DNA of 64,000 bases, from positions 25-64,024 of the forward strand of contig CAOMRW010000010.1 in the NCBI GenBank assembly GCA_948485625.1, in the 5' to 3' direction. The notes under the pieces were generated by a model. It did no database searches and was not told the DNA's origin. It saw only the letters and a list, made by a program, of their open reading frames with translations. Every line of letters starts with the position of its first letter. Position 1 is the stretch's first letter. The DNA comes from an uncultured Clostridia bacterium. GTDB taxonomy: Bacteria > Bacillota > Clostridia > TANB77 > CAG-508. Below are positions 28,852 to 38,136 of this stretch, in pieces. The translations under genes and the position numbers were made by a program.

Positions 28852-29361
28852 CTATATTGTTAAATCATTTTCTTCTTTATTATCAATAGCTACTTTATAT
28901 ATATTTTTCAATACCATCATTCCTATAGATAGAATTAAAAATATCATTGACATTAATATTATTATAATTAGATACATCATTTTAAAAGGTGTTTCAAATA
29001 TATTTCCTGATATCAAAAAGTTGCAGACTAATGCATTTAATGAAAATATAATTCCTATTAATAAGCAATACATAGATGTTCTTTTTAATCTTTTTTCAAT
29101 TTTTCTACTAAATATTATTTCTTTTTCAAAGCTACTAAATATTTTTTCAAATTCTAATATCATTATTAGTGCTGGTATTGCTGCAGTATATAAAAATGTT
29201 ATTTGTGTTATAATTTCAATTGATTTCTCATTTTCTAAATTGTTTTGAATATTTTTTATAAGTATTGGTGCACTAATCATTGATATTATACATGATATAA
29301 ATAATATAATTAAAAATATTTTTATTATAGAAGATATACTTCTTTTTCCTGTTACTTTCAT
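28852..29361 (-). CDS. DUF2975-like multi-TM membrane protein (usual partner of YozG-type HTH)
   Basis: Four predicted TM helices. Operon pairing with the small HTH gene. The family assignment is from memory. Confidence 0.55.
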   Translation of the reverse strand: MKVTGKRSISSIIKIFLIILFISCIISMISAPILIKNIQNNLENEKSIEIITQITFLYTAAIPALIMILEFEKIFSSFEKEIIFSRKIEKRLKRTSMYCLLIGIIFSLNALVCNFLISGNIFETPFKMMYLIIIILMSMIFLILSIGMMVLKNIYKVAIDNKEENDLTI

Positions 29362-29374
29362 TTTTATTTCTCCT

Positions 29375-30844
29375 TTAATATTTTTTTAATAATTTGTGTG
29401 TTCTATATTTTGATAAATTCCATTCTTGCCATTTGAATTTTCTGTTTTCATACTCATCTTTATATTGTTTTATATTATATCTTATACGTTCTTTTATTGT
29501 ATTCATGTAATCTTTTCTATTATTTGATAGTCCTTCTCCATTTTGATTTAATAGTTTTATTTTTTCGTTTATTGCATCTGTTCCTGTATTGTTTGTTATA
29601 TATCTTATATCTATATTATTATTTTCTGGGTCTAATAAGTATCTATCTATATTATTTCTTGCAATTATGTAATCTATATTTATAAAATTTAGTATTACAT
29701 ACATTGTAATTATGATTTCTATTGATGTTTTAAAAGTATCTATCTCCATACCACATAGCTTAGCTAATATTGGTAATAATATTAAAATTTCTGTTACTAA
29801 TATAAAATATACAAATAGTCTTAAATATGTATATCCATATTCTTGTTCATATAAATGCATTCTAAATATTGCTGATATTACAATTATTATTGTAAATATT
29901 ATTAATAAAATCTTTAAAGCTTTGTTTAGTTTTTCACTTTGTATATTTGGTGATTTTTTTAATAATATAAAGTTAATAAATGATACAAACATTAATTGGA
30001 AAAATCCTGTTCTTGCATATGTTGCATAGTCAAAATTAGCTGTTTTTCCTGCATTTATAAATAGATATTTAAATTGTATTATTGTAAATACACAGTAGAT
30101 TATGTTTAAAGATATTAATAATGTATTTATTGTGAATTTACTTATTTTTTTAATTTTTGCATTTTCTTCTGTATTTTCTTTTTTCATAAATGCTATTAAA
30201 AGTCCACTTATATATGCAAATATTACTATTATCCATACTATTCTAGCTGATATATCATTTATCGTTTCACTTGAAAATACTTTTGAAATGTTTTTTGATA
30301 TGTTTGTAAATAAACTTCCAAAAATACTGTCTGCTGATGATAATAGCATAATTATAATTATTATAATTGGTATTACTATTAGCATTGATTTACTTAATTT
30401 TTTTATAAATTCTATTTTTTTGTTTTGTGTTTCTTTCTTTTTTTCTATAAATTCATTTATTTGAAAATCTCCAATAAATTCAAATATTACATATACTGGT
30501 GTAAATGCTTTTTTTATAATATTTCTTATAAACCTATTTTCTGCTATTTTTCCTTCTGTTGTTTTTTCACACATTAATATTATTAGTGCAAAAATTACTG
30601 GTATGTTTAATATTCGAAAAAATGAATTGTTGAAAATAAAATATGTTAGCCCTAATAACATTATTGGAATTGCTATTAACATTCCTTTTTTGTTTTTTAT
30701 TTTTTCTTTTTCTTTGAAGTTATAGTATATTACTAGTATTGTAATTCCTAAAAATATTGTTACTGATATTCCTAGACTTTTGTTCCAAAAAAGTATTGAC
30801 TGTATTATACTTAATAATAAACTGCTATATAAGATTTTTTTCAT
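29375..30844 (-). CDS. Polytopic membrane protein (DUF4153/DUF4173-like)
   Basis: 489 aa with more than 10 hydrophobic segments. The family assignment is tentative. Confidence 0.5.
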   Translation of the reverse strand: MKKILYSSLLLSIIQSILFWNKSLGISVTIFLGITILVIYYNFKEKEKIKNKKGMLIAIPIMLLGLTYFIFNNSFFRILNIPVIFALIILMCEKTTEGKIAENRFIRNIIKKAFTPVYVIFEFIGDFQINEFIEKKKETQNKKIEFIKKLSKSMLIVIPIIIIIIMLLSSADSIFGSLFTNISKNISKVFSSETINDISARIVWIIVIFAYISGLLIAFMKKENTEENAKIKKISKFTINTLLISLNIIYCVFTIIQFKYLFINAGKTANFDYATYARTGFFQLMFVSFINFILLKKSPNIQSEKLNKALKILLIIFTIIIVISAIFRMHLYEQEYGYTYLRLFVYFILVTEILILLPILAKLCGMEIDTFKTSIEIIITMYVILNFINIDYIIARNNIDRYLLDPENNNIDIRYITNNTGTDAINEKIKLLNQNGEGLSNNRKDYMNTIKERIRYNIKQYKDEYENRKFKWQEWNLSKYRTHKLLKKY

Positions 30845-30963
30845 CGTTTTCTCCTTTATATATTTAAAATTTATATAAATTCTTATTTGTTGTTGCTAAC
30901 AGTTTATATTATCTTTTATTTTTTGTCAATACTTTTTTATCGTTTTTCGATATTCTATATTTA

Positions 30964-31776
30964 TTATATTTTATTACTATCTAGTTTCTTTTTCTCATTT
31001 ATTAGTAAACCTTTAATTTCTTCTATTGAAAGTTCAGTTATTTCTGAAATTTCTTCTATACTCATTTCTTTGTTTAGAAGTTTTTGGGCCGTTTTAATTT
31101 TTTCTTTTTTTATCCCTTTATTTTCTGCCCAATTCATAGAAGTGTTCCAATCTGATTCCCATTTATCTCTTAATTCAACCATTCTTCTCACTTCATCGTC
31201 TCCTGTTAAATAGTTCATTTCAACTCTAGCTTGTTTTAAAATTTTATTTTTTTCTTCAGCCATTTTTACTTTCCCCCCCTATCTTCATCATCAATGAAAG
31301 CTAACCATTGGTTTAATTTATCATTCATATCTGGATTTGAAGCTCTAAACTTAGGCAATTCTATGTAATAAGCTTTCACTACACTATTTATTTTGTAATC
31401 TCTATGTCTATCTAATACAGTTACAGTTTCTGACAAATATTCATCAAATCCTAATAATTCATAATTCTACTTGCATTTCTATATTTACAATGATTCCATC
31501 ATTTAATATAGCTTGTATGTCTAGTCTTCCGCCTTTTTCAATTTCTCTTAATTTTTCTAAATTAACTTCTTCTTTTATTGTTATATTTGAAATTTCTATT
31601 TTTAGTATGGCATTTAGAAAATCAATTAGGAACTTTTTGTTTCCCTCTCTACTAAAAAATGCCTTAAATATTATATCATTTTTTAAATTTAATTTTCTTT
31701 TTACTATTGTATTCTTTACTTTTTTTGGCAATAATTTTTCCTCCTTTATTATAACAATTTCTATTGTAAATATCAA
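30964..31776 (-). pseudogene. Degraded Rpn-family (YhgA-like, PD-(D/E)xK) recombination-promoting nuclease / putative transposase
   Basis: Three fragments lie in three frames. The N-terminus is (…DIIFKAFFSREGNKKFLIDFLNAIL…RLDIQAILNDGIIVNIEMQ). The middle piece is unlisted (ELLGFDEYL…YYIELPKFRASNPDMNDKLNQWLAFIDDEDRGGK). The C-terminus is (MAEEKNKILKQARVEMNYLTGDDEV…SIEEISEITELSIEEIKGL). About 50 aa of the core are missing. A C7/G7 homopolymer at 31273-31279 marks one frame junction. Confidence 0.75.
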
Positions 31777-32082
31777 GTAATTGTTATAACTTTTTGATAA
31801 ATATTTTCTATTTAGTTAATATTTGTATATTTTTCTTTTGTACACTAAATAGATTAATACCTCCTTCTTTTTATTTTTTATTTTTGGGTTTTTTGATTTA
31901 AATTTTGATTTTTAAATTTTTTTGAATTAAAATAAATATAATAATTAATTGAATTTTAAAAGCTACTAAATTAGCTAAATAGAATAAACTATTTATAACA
32001 TATTTAATAGCTCTTTGTAAACATTTTTTTATTTTTTACTTATCTTTTCATCGCAAGTTTCGACAAAAAAACTTGTAAATTA

Positions 32083-32114
32083 TGAAACATTTTTGGACTG
32101 TCCCCAATGTTTCA
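32083..32114. repeat. Family-1 palindromic repeat unit abutting or overlapping the trxA stop codon
   Basis: tgaaacatttttggactgtccccaatgtttca. The terminal tca (32112-32114) is the reverse complement of the trxA TGA stop. It is preceded by the companion motif gtttcgacaaaa (32058-32069), which is also seen at 16144 and 59499. Confidence 0.9.
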
Positions 32115-32417
32115 AAATTGTTCTAATAATTCATTTTTATCTCTAACTCCAACAAATCTTTTAAATTCTTTTCCATCTTTAAATATGATTAAAGTTGGTA
32201 TACTCATTACATCATATTTTAATGCTAAATTTTGGTTTTCATCTACATTAATTTTTCCTACTTTTCCTTTTCCTTGTAATTCATTTGCAAGTTCTTCTAT
32301 AATTGGTAACATCATTTTACAAGGTCCACACCAGTCTGCATAAAAATCTACTAGTACTGGTTCATTTGAATTTAAAACCTCTTTTTCAAAATTTTCAGAA
32401 TTTAATTTTAATTCCAT
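32112..32417 (-). CDS. trxA: Thioredoxin
   Basis: 101 aa. WCGPCK active site with a typical thioredoxin fold sequence. Confidence 0.95.
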   Translation of the reverse strand: MELKLNSENFEKEVLNSNEPVLVDFYADWCGPCKMMLPIIEELANELQGKGKVGKINVDENQNLALKYDVMSIPTLIIFKDGKEFKRFVGVRDKNELLEQF

Positions 32418-32545
32418 AAATATTTCCTCCTTTTTATTTTTAAATTTAATTTTATTTATCTTTCAGTTACAATAAATTATTGTTAACTGTATAAATCTTA
32501 TATAATTATTTTATTCTTTTATTATTTTATTTTCTTATTACTTTA

Positions 32546-33439
32546 CTATTTTGTATTGTTTTTTAATAATTTAATTGCTTGTAGTCCTGCTTTTGTTCCT
32601 TCATATACTGCTTTGGATATTTGATATAATCCTCCTGTACAGTCTCCACAAGCATATAGTCCCTTAATTGTAGTTTCCATATTTTCATTTACAACAATTT
32701 TGTCTTTATCAATTTTTGCTCCTAGTTTTTTTGCAAATTCTGTACTTCCTGCTACTCCTTGTGCTACAAATATTCCATCTATATTAATTTTGCTATTGTC
32801 CTTAAATTTGATTTCTTCTACTTTATTATTTCCACTAACTTCTTTTATCTCTTTATTAATTATATCAATATTTTCTCCTCTATATTCTGGTATATTTTGT
32901 CCGTTTGTTAATATTGTTATTGTTTTTACTATATTTTGTAAATCTATTGCTTCTGATATGGCATAGTCCCCATTTCCTATTATTGCGACATTTCTATTTC
33001 TGTAGAAAAATCCATCACATATTGCACAATAACTGACACCTTTTCCTTCATATTCTTCTATTTTTTCAATATTGGGCTTGTTCTTTTTGTTTCCAGTTGC
33101 TAGTATTACTGATTTTGATTGAAATTCATTATTTAATGTTTGAACTTTAAATATTGTTTGTTTTTCCTTTTTATCATCTTCTATAATTTCAATTTGAATA
33201 TTTGTAACTTCTTCTTCTAAAGTCTCTACGCCTAAATTTTGAGCTTGTTCTATTCCTATTTTATATAGTTCTTTTCCATTTATACCATTCGGAAAACCAT
33301 AATAGTTTTCTATATTTGAGGCTTTTTCTAGTGCTGATTTTTCTTTATATATTACTAGTGTTTTTAAATTCGCTCTTTTTGTATATAAACTTGCTGATAT
33401 CCCAGCTGGTCCAGCTCCTACTATAATTATATCATACAT
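32546..33439 (-). CDS. trxB: Thioredoxin-disulfide reductase-like flavoprotein
   Basis: N-terminal FAD motif IIIVGAGPAGISA. Redox-active CAICDG. NAD(P)H motif VAIIGNGDYAISEA. C-terminal GLYACGDC. Confidence 0.85.
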   Translation of the reverse strand: MYDIIIVGAGPAGISASLYTKRANLKTLVIYKEKSALEKASNIENYYGFPNGINGKELYKIGIEQAQNLGVETLEEEVTNIQIEIIEDDKKEKQTIFKVQTLNNEFQSKSVILATGNKKNKPNIEKIEEYEGKGVSYCAICDGFFYRNRNVAIIGNGDYAISEAIDLQNIVKTITILTNGQNIPEYRGENIDIINKEIKEVSGNNKVEEIKFKDNSKINIDGIFVAQGVAGSTEFAKKLGAKIDKDKIVVNENMETTIKGLYACGDCTGGLYQISKAVYEGTKAGLQAIKLLKNNTK

Positions 33440-33456
33440 ATTTTTCTCCTTAAATT

Positions 33457-34071
33457 TTATTTTATTATTATTCCTAATAATTTTGATAATTCAATCGCTT
33501 GGAACTCATTTACTATCATTCCTTTTAAATCTTCTTTATCTACTGTTATTCCTTCTATATTGCATGTTCTAAAATCTATGTTTTTTAAATTTGTTTTAAA
33601 CATTTGTGATTTATATAAGTCACTGTCTATAAGTTTTATATTTTTTAGTTTAGACTCTCCTATAGCTGACATTGATAAGTTTACTTCTTGAAATGTTGTT
33701 TCTTTTATATTTGCATTTGATAGGTTTGAATATTCTAAATTGCTTTGTTCTATTTTGGTTTTATATATACTTGAATTTATGAAGTTGCATCCTACTAATT
33801 TACAGTTTATAAAATTACAGTTTACAAAATTTGATTCACTAAAGTCTGTATTTGAAAAATCACAATTTTGAAATATTGCATTTGTGATATATATATTTAT
33901 AAATTTGGATTGTATGCATTTGCAATTTTCAAATATACAATTTGTTATTTCAATTTTTTTAATATTGATATTTTCATTGCAGTTTTTGAACTTATATTCT
34001 CTTATATCATTTTCACTTGCGTTTTCTTTGTTTATTATTTCTTTTATATTTTCACTTTCTTTATATATCAT
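33457..34071 (-). CDS. Pentapeptide-repeat protein
   Basis: Long run of A(D/N)LXX-type pentapeptides (NCDFSNTDFSESNFVNCNFINCKLVGCNFINSSIY…). Confidence 0.85.
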   Translation of the reverse strand: MIYKESENIKEIINKENASENDIREYKFKNCNENINIKKIEITNCIFENCKCIQSKFINIYITNAIFQNCDFSNTDFSESNFVNCNFINCKLVGCNFINSSIYKTKIEQSNLEYSNLSNANIKETTFQEVNLSMSAIGESKLKNIKLIDSDLYKSQMFKTNLKNIDFRTCNIEGITVDKEDLKGMIVNEFQAIELSKLLGIIIK

Positions 34072-34105
34072 TATTGTCTCCTCTTTAATTACATCTTATT
34101 ACTAA

Positions 34106-34477
34106 TTATATATTAAATATATTAAATATTTTAGGTATGAAAATTATTAGTCCTATAATTATTGATGTTATTGCTGCAATTAATACGCTTCCTGCTGATA
34201 CATCTTTTGCTATTTTTGCTTTTGGATTCTTTTCTAGTGTTATTAAATCTACTGTGTTTTCTATTGCTGTGTTCATTAGTTCTAGTGATATTACAAATCC
34301 AAATAGAATTGTACATATTATCCATTCTATTTTATCTATTTTTAGTATTATTCCAAATATTATTACTAATGTCATTATTGTTATATGTATTTTCATGTTT
34401 TGTTCTGATTTTATTCCTGTTATTATTCCTTCAATTGCATATTTAAAGCTTTTTATTAGTTTTTTCATTTTTATCAC
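34106..34477 (-). CDS. dgkA: Diacylglycerol/undecaprenol kinase (DgkA family)
   Basis: 123 aa, 3 TM. SFKYAIEGI…EQNMKIH…LELMNTAIENTVDL…AKDVSAGSVL are the hallmark DgkA segments. Confidence 0.85.
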   Translation of the reverse strand: MIKMKKLIKSFKYAIEGIITGIKSEQNMKIHITIMTLVIIFGIILKIDKIEWIICTILFGFVISLELMNTAIENTVDLITLEKNPKAKIAKDVSAGSVLIAAITSIIIGLIIFIPKIFNIFNI

Positions 34478-34636
34478 CTAATTTATTTTACTAGAATATT
34501 TTTCATTTAGCAATAATAAATTTATTTTTAATTTTATTTTATTTTTAATTTTTAATAGTTACTGTTTAATAATAAACTAAAATATGTATAACAGCTAAAT
34601 GGCTATTATATAAGTTGGGAATGGATAAAAATAAAA

Positions 34637-34672
34637 AACCAAATAATCATTTTCTATAATGATTGCTTGGCT
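34637..34672 (-). terminator. Probable intrinsic terminator after the FGE-domain ORF
   Basis: Imperfect stem ccaagcaatcatt/aatgattatttgg followed by TTTTTT on the minus strand. Confidence 0.5.
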
Positions 34673-34687
34673 TTTAATAATTATTTT

Positions 34688-35951
34688 TTATTTAATATAT
34701 AATGCTATACGATAACCAAAATCATATGTTGTTGAATTTGGATAATCACTTGCTCTAAATGATGCTGGTTTTTCATTTCCATTACTTGTACAGCTTCCTC
34801 CTCTAAAGAAACGACATCCACCATCTCTATTTTCTCCTTCCATAACCCATTCCGATGCATTTCCTGCCATATCGTATATATTTTTTTCTTTGTATTCTTC
34901 ATTTGAACCGGTGTTAATTAATTCTGAATTGTTATAATTTCCTTTTTGGCTACTGTTTCTTACATATGATGTTTCTCCACAATTTCCATTTATATAATTT
35001 TTATCAAAAAATTGCATAGTTGCATCCCATTGTACTCCATAACACAATGTACTTTTTACACTTGAATATCCTTTTAAATTAGCAAATTCTTTTGAACTTT
35101 CTGCTACTCCTCCTGTACCAACAGTCATATTTTTTGAATTTCCCCATGTTACTTGATTATGGACTTTTTTATTCTTCTTTACTAATACTTGCTCATTTTC
35201 TTTTGATGTTTCATATCTTCCAATATAAAAACCTTTATTTAGTATTACACTTTGTTTCATTGCTTCATATTCTTCTGTTTCTGTACTATATCCATCAATA
35301 TATGGTTCTGAATAATTATATGATTCCTTTTCTAACATTTTGCCTGTTTCCATTTGTATACCCCTCTACAGTGTAAAAATCATTAATGTCTGTTACTGGC
35401 ACCCATACAAATTGATTTCCCTTTGATATAATATTATTCGGGTCAATTTCTGTATCTTGTGGATTATCTGAAATAACTAATCCTTCTGATACCTCTTCAC
35501 AACCTGGTACTATACAAAATCCTACTGGTATTATAGCTGTTCCATTTTCTTCATATTCCAGATTTTTCCCTGTTATAATTGTTCCAGCATTAGGATAATT
35601 TACAACTTTAATTGTTCCTGTTGTTCCAATTTTTATTTTATATTCATCTATCTCTATTGTATGTGGTAAACTTTCGATTGGTAATTTAGTTTTTAAACCA
35701 TCTACATTTTGTAAGTTGTTGTTTAATTCACTTAGATTAATTTTTCCATCTACATCATAGCTTGCCATAATTACTAATTGTATTTTTTCTTTTACCTCTG
35801 CTTCATTTGTTTTTTGTTTTGCTTCTTTTGTTCTTCCAAATAATCCACTTCCTGTTAAACTAGCTATTGAGATTCCTGCTAAAATTAAAAGAATTATTAT
35901 GGTTATTACTAGTGCTATTAGTGTTATTCCTTTGTTTTTCTTTTGGTTCAT
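34688..35951 (-). pseudogene. Pilin-like-leader protein with C-terminal FGE-sulfatase (SUMF1/C-type-lectin-fold) domain, split by a +1 frameshift (ORFs 35316..36014 and 34688..35353)
   Basis: The upstream ORF (likely start MNQKKNKGITLIALV at 35951, AGGAGG RBS) ends …NQFVWVPVTDINDFYTVEGY…*. The downstream ORF has no signal peptide and continues with the FGE domain (GFYIGRYE…DMAGNASEWV…FRGGS…FGYRIALY). The two frames overlap over about 35320-35370. A sequencing error or two separate genes cannot be excluded. Confidence 0.6.
35832..35942. repeat. 111-bp segment identical to 39364..39474, encoding the shared pilin-like leader/TM
   Basis: Read directly: tcttccaaataatccacttcctgttaaactagctattgagattcctgctaaaattaaaagaattattatggttattactagtgctattagtgttattcctttgtttttctt is present in both genes. 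A third copy at about 37915-37985 shows roughly 85% identity. Confidence 0.9.
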
Positions 35952-36060
35952 TTCTTTAATTTTTCCTCCTTTGTTTTTTTCTTTTATTATATGTCTTATT
36001 ATTTTAATACTCAATAAAGCGATTACTTTTTTGTAATCGCTTTTTTACATAAGTTTTATT

Positions 36061-37992
36061 TTATTGTCCTGTCCACTTCACTTCTACTCTTCCATTTGTT
36101 GTTGCTCCCCATGGTGCCCCTGATATACTATCTTTTGGCTTTTCTACTATTATTTCTTTTAAATTGATACATTTTGAAAAACATGTACTATCAATACTTG
36201 TTACACTACTTGGTATTGTTATTGTTTCTAAACTTTGACAATCATTAAATGCTCTTCCTATTTTAATTACAGTATTTGGAATTACTACATTTGTTATTCC
36301 TTTCCTTACAAATGAATCATTTCCTATTTCCTTTACTCCATTGGGTATTGCTAATGAATTTATTTTTCCTACTCCCCCTACTAATTTTACTTTATTTCTA
36401 TTTTCATCTATACTATATATTACATTATTTTCTTCTATTAAATATGGATTATCTTCATCTATACTAATATTGATTACTTCACTATACAAAAATGTAGTTC
36501 CTGCAAGTTCTGATACATTTTTTCCAAGATTTAATGACTTAAGTTTAGTATTAACCAAAGCTTCTGATTGTATTTTCTCTAAACTTGTTGGTAAATTTAA
36601 TATTGTTAAACTATTTCTCCTAAAAGCTTGACTAGCTATTTCAATTATTCCTTCAGGAATTCTTACCTCTATTTTATTTGTATAATAATAAATTAATTTT
36701 GTTTGATTTTTATCATATATTGCATCTGCTGTACTCATATAGTTTCTATTATTACTATCTATTACAATGCTATTTATATTTCTATTATTACTAAAAAAAT
36801 TTATGTCTATTTCTGTTACATTTTCTGGTATAATTATTTTTTCGATTTTTGGATAACTTGTTAATAATCCAGCTGTTAGTTTATTTATTTTATCTGGTAC
36901 TTTAAATGTGTTTTCTTGTATTGCACTACTTGAAATATATATCATTTCTGTTTCATCTGAATTCATTAATATTCCATTAGAAAATTTGAAATCAGTATTT
37001 CTAATATCTACATTTATATTAACTAATGATTTACAATATGCAAATGGGCTATCTCCTATACTTTCTACATTTTTAGGTATATTTATACTTACTAATTGAC
37101 CACAACTTGAAAAAGCTTCATTTGATATTTTTGTTACATTTTCAGGTATAATTATATTCTTTAATGAAGTACAATTTACAAAAATACCTGTTGGTATTAC
37201 TTTTAAATTATTTGATAAATTTATTTCTTCTAATTTTGGGCAATAATTAAATGCACTATTTCCTATATTTAATACTGAATTTGCCATCTTTACTTTATTT
37301 AGCTTTGTACAGCTATAAAATGCTGTACTTCCTATCCCTTCTACTCCATCTTCAATTATTACTTCTTCTATTGTTGAATTATGTGAAAAAGCATTATCTC
37401 CAATTTTCTTTACACTCCCTGGTATTATTACTCTTTTTATTCCTTCTACATTCGCAAATGCTCCTTTATCTATTTCTGTTACACTTCCTGGTATTACTAA
37501 TGTCCCGTCTTCTCCCAATAATAGTAAATTTGTATTTGATGACATTAATACTCCATCTACTATGTTCCATGGATTTGGTATTATTCCTATTTCTTGTAAC
37601 CATTTTACTTCATTTTTATTTTTTGCTACTACATGTATTTCTCCTTTTATTATTTCTACTTTTTTAGCATATTTACTTTTGGATAAACTTGGCATTACAT
37701 CATAGATGCTTTTATTTTCTTCTTGTTTATTGTTATATACTAAAACATTTTCACTTGCCATTACTCCCTCTTTGGAAAATGTTCCCATTATTTCTGTTTC
37801 TTTTTCTATGCAAAATAATTCAAATTCTTCTTTTAATTGGGTCATTTCATATTTTAGTTTTGATTCTTGTCCTCTTGTTATTATTCCATTTTCTCCATTT
37901 AATGTATTTATTGAAATTCCTGCTAATATTAGTAAGATTATTATTGTTATTACTAATGCTATTAATGTTATTCCTTTATTTTTATTATTCAT
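36061..37992 (-). CDS. Pilin-like-leader protein with BspA-type leucine-rich repeats (LRR_5)
   Basis: N-terminus MNNKNKGITLIALVITIIILLILAGISI. More than 10 repeats of the form IP.SVT.I...AF..C..L..I.IP. Confidence 0.8.
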   Translation of the reverse strand: MNNKNKGITLIALVITIIILLILAGISINTLNGENGIITRGQESKLKYEMTQLKEEFELFCIEKETEIMGTFSKEGVMASENVLVYNNKQEENKSIYDVMPSLSKSKYAKKVEIIKGEIHVVAKNKNEVKWLQEIGIIPNPWNIVDGVLMSSNTNLLLLGEDGTLVIPGSVTEIDKGAFANVEGIKRVIIPGSVKKIGDNAFSHNSTIEEVIIEDGVEGIGSTAFYSCTKLNKVKMANSVLNIGNSAFNYCPKLEEINLSNNLKVIPTGIFVNCTSLKNIIIPENVTKISNEAFSSCGQLVSINIPKNVESIGDSPFAYCKSLVNINVDIRNTDFKFSNGILMNSDETEMIYISSSAIQENTFKVPDKINKLTAGLLTSYPKIEKIIIPENVTEIDINFFSNNRNINSIVIDSNNRNYMSTADAIYDKNQTKLIYYYTNKIEVRIPEGIIEIASQAFRRNSLTILNLPTSLEKIQSEALVNTKLKSLNLGKNVSELAGTTFLYSEVINISIDEDNPYLIEENNVIYSIDENRNKVKLVGGVGKINSLAIPNGVKEIGNDSFVRKGITNVVIPNTVIKIGRAFNDCQSLETITIPSSVTSIDSTCFSKCINLKEIIVEKPKDSISGAPWGATTNGRVEVKWTGQ

Positions 37993-38136
37993 TTTATTTT
38001 TCCTCTTTCTTCTTTAGTTTTTATATCTATAATTGTATATATTATTATTTCGGAATACAATAAAAGTGATTACTTTTTGTAATCACTTTTTGACATAATA
38101 TTATAATTAAATTTTTACTCATTTATCTACGAAGAT

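Noticed and set aside
34688-35353. FGE-sulfatase/C-type-lectin-fold C-terminus (RGGSCTSNGNEKPASFRASDYPNSTTYDFGYRIA) looks like the variable region of a diversity-generating retroelement target
   Set aside because: No reverse transcriptase ORF is present, and no template-repeat copy of this roughly 120-nt segment could be found anywhere in the window.
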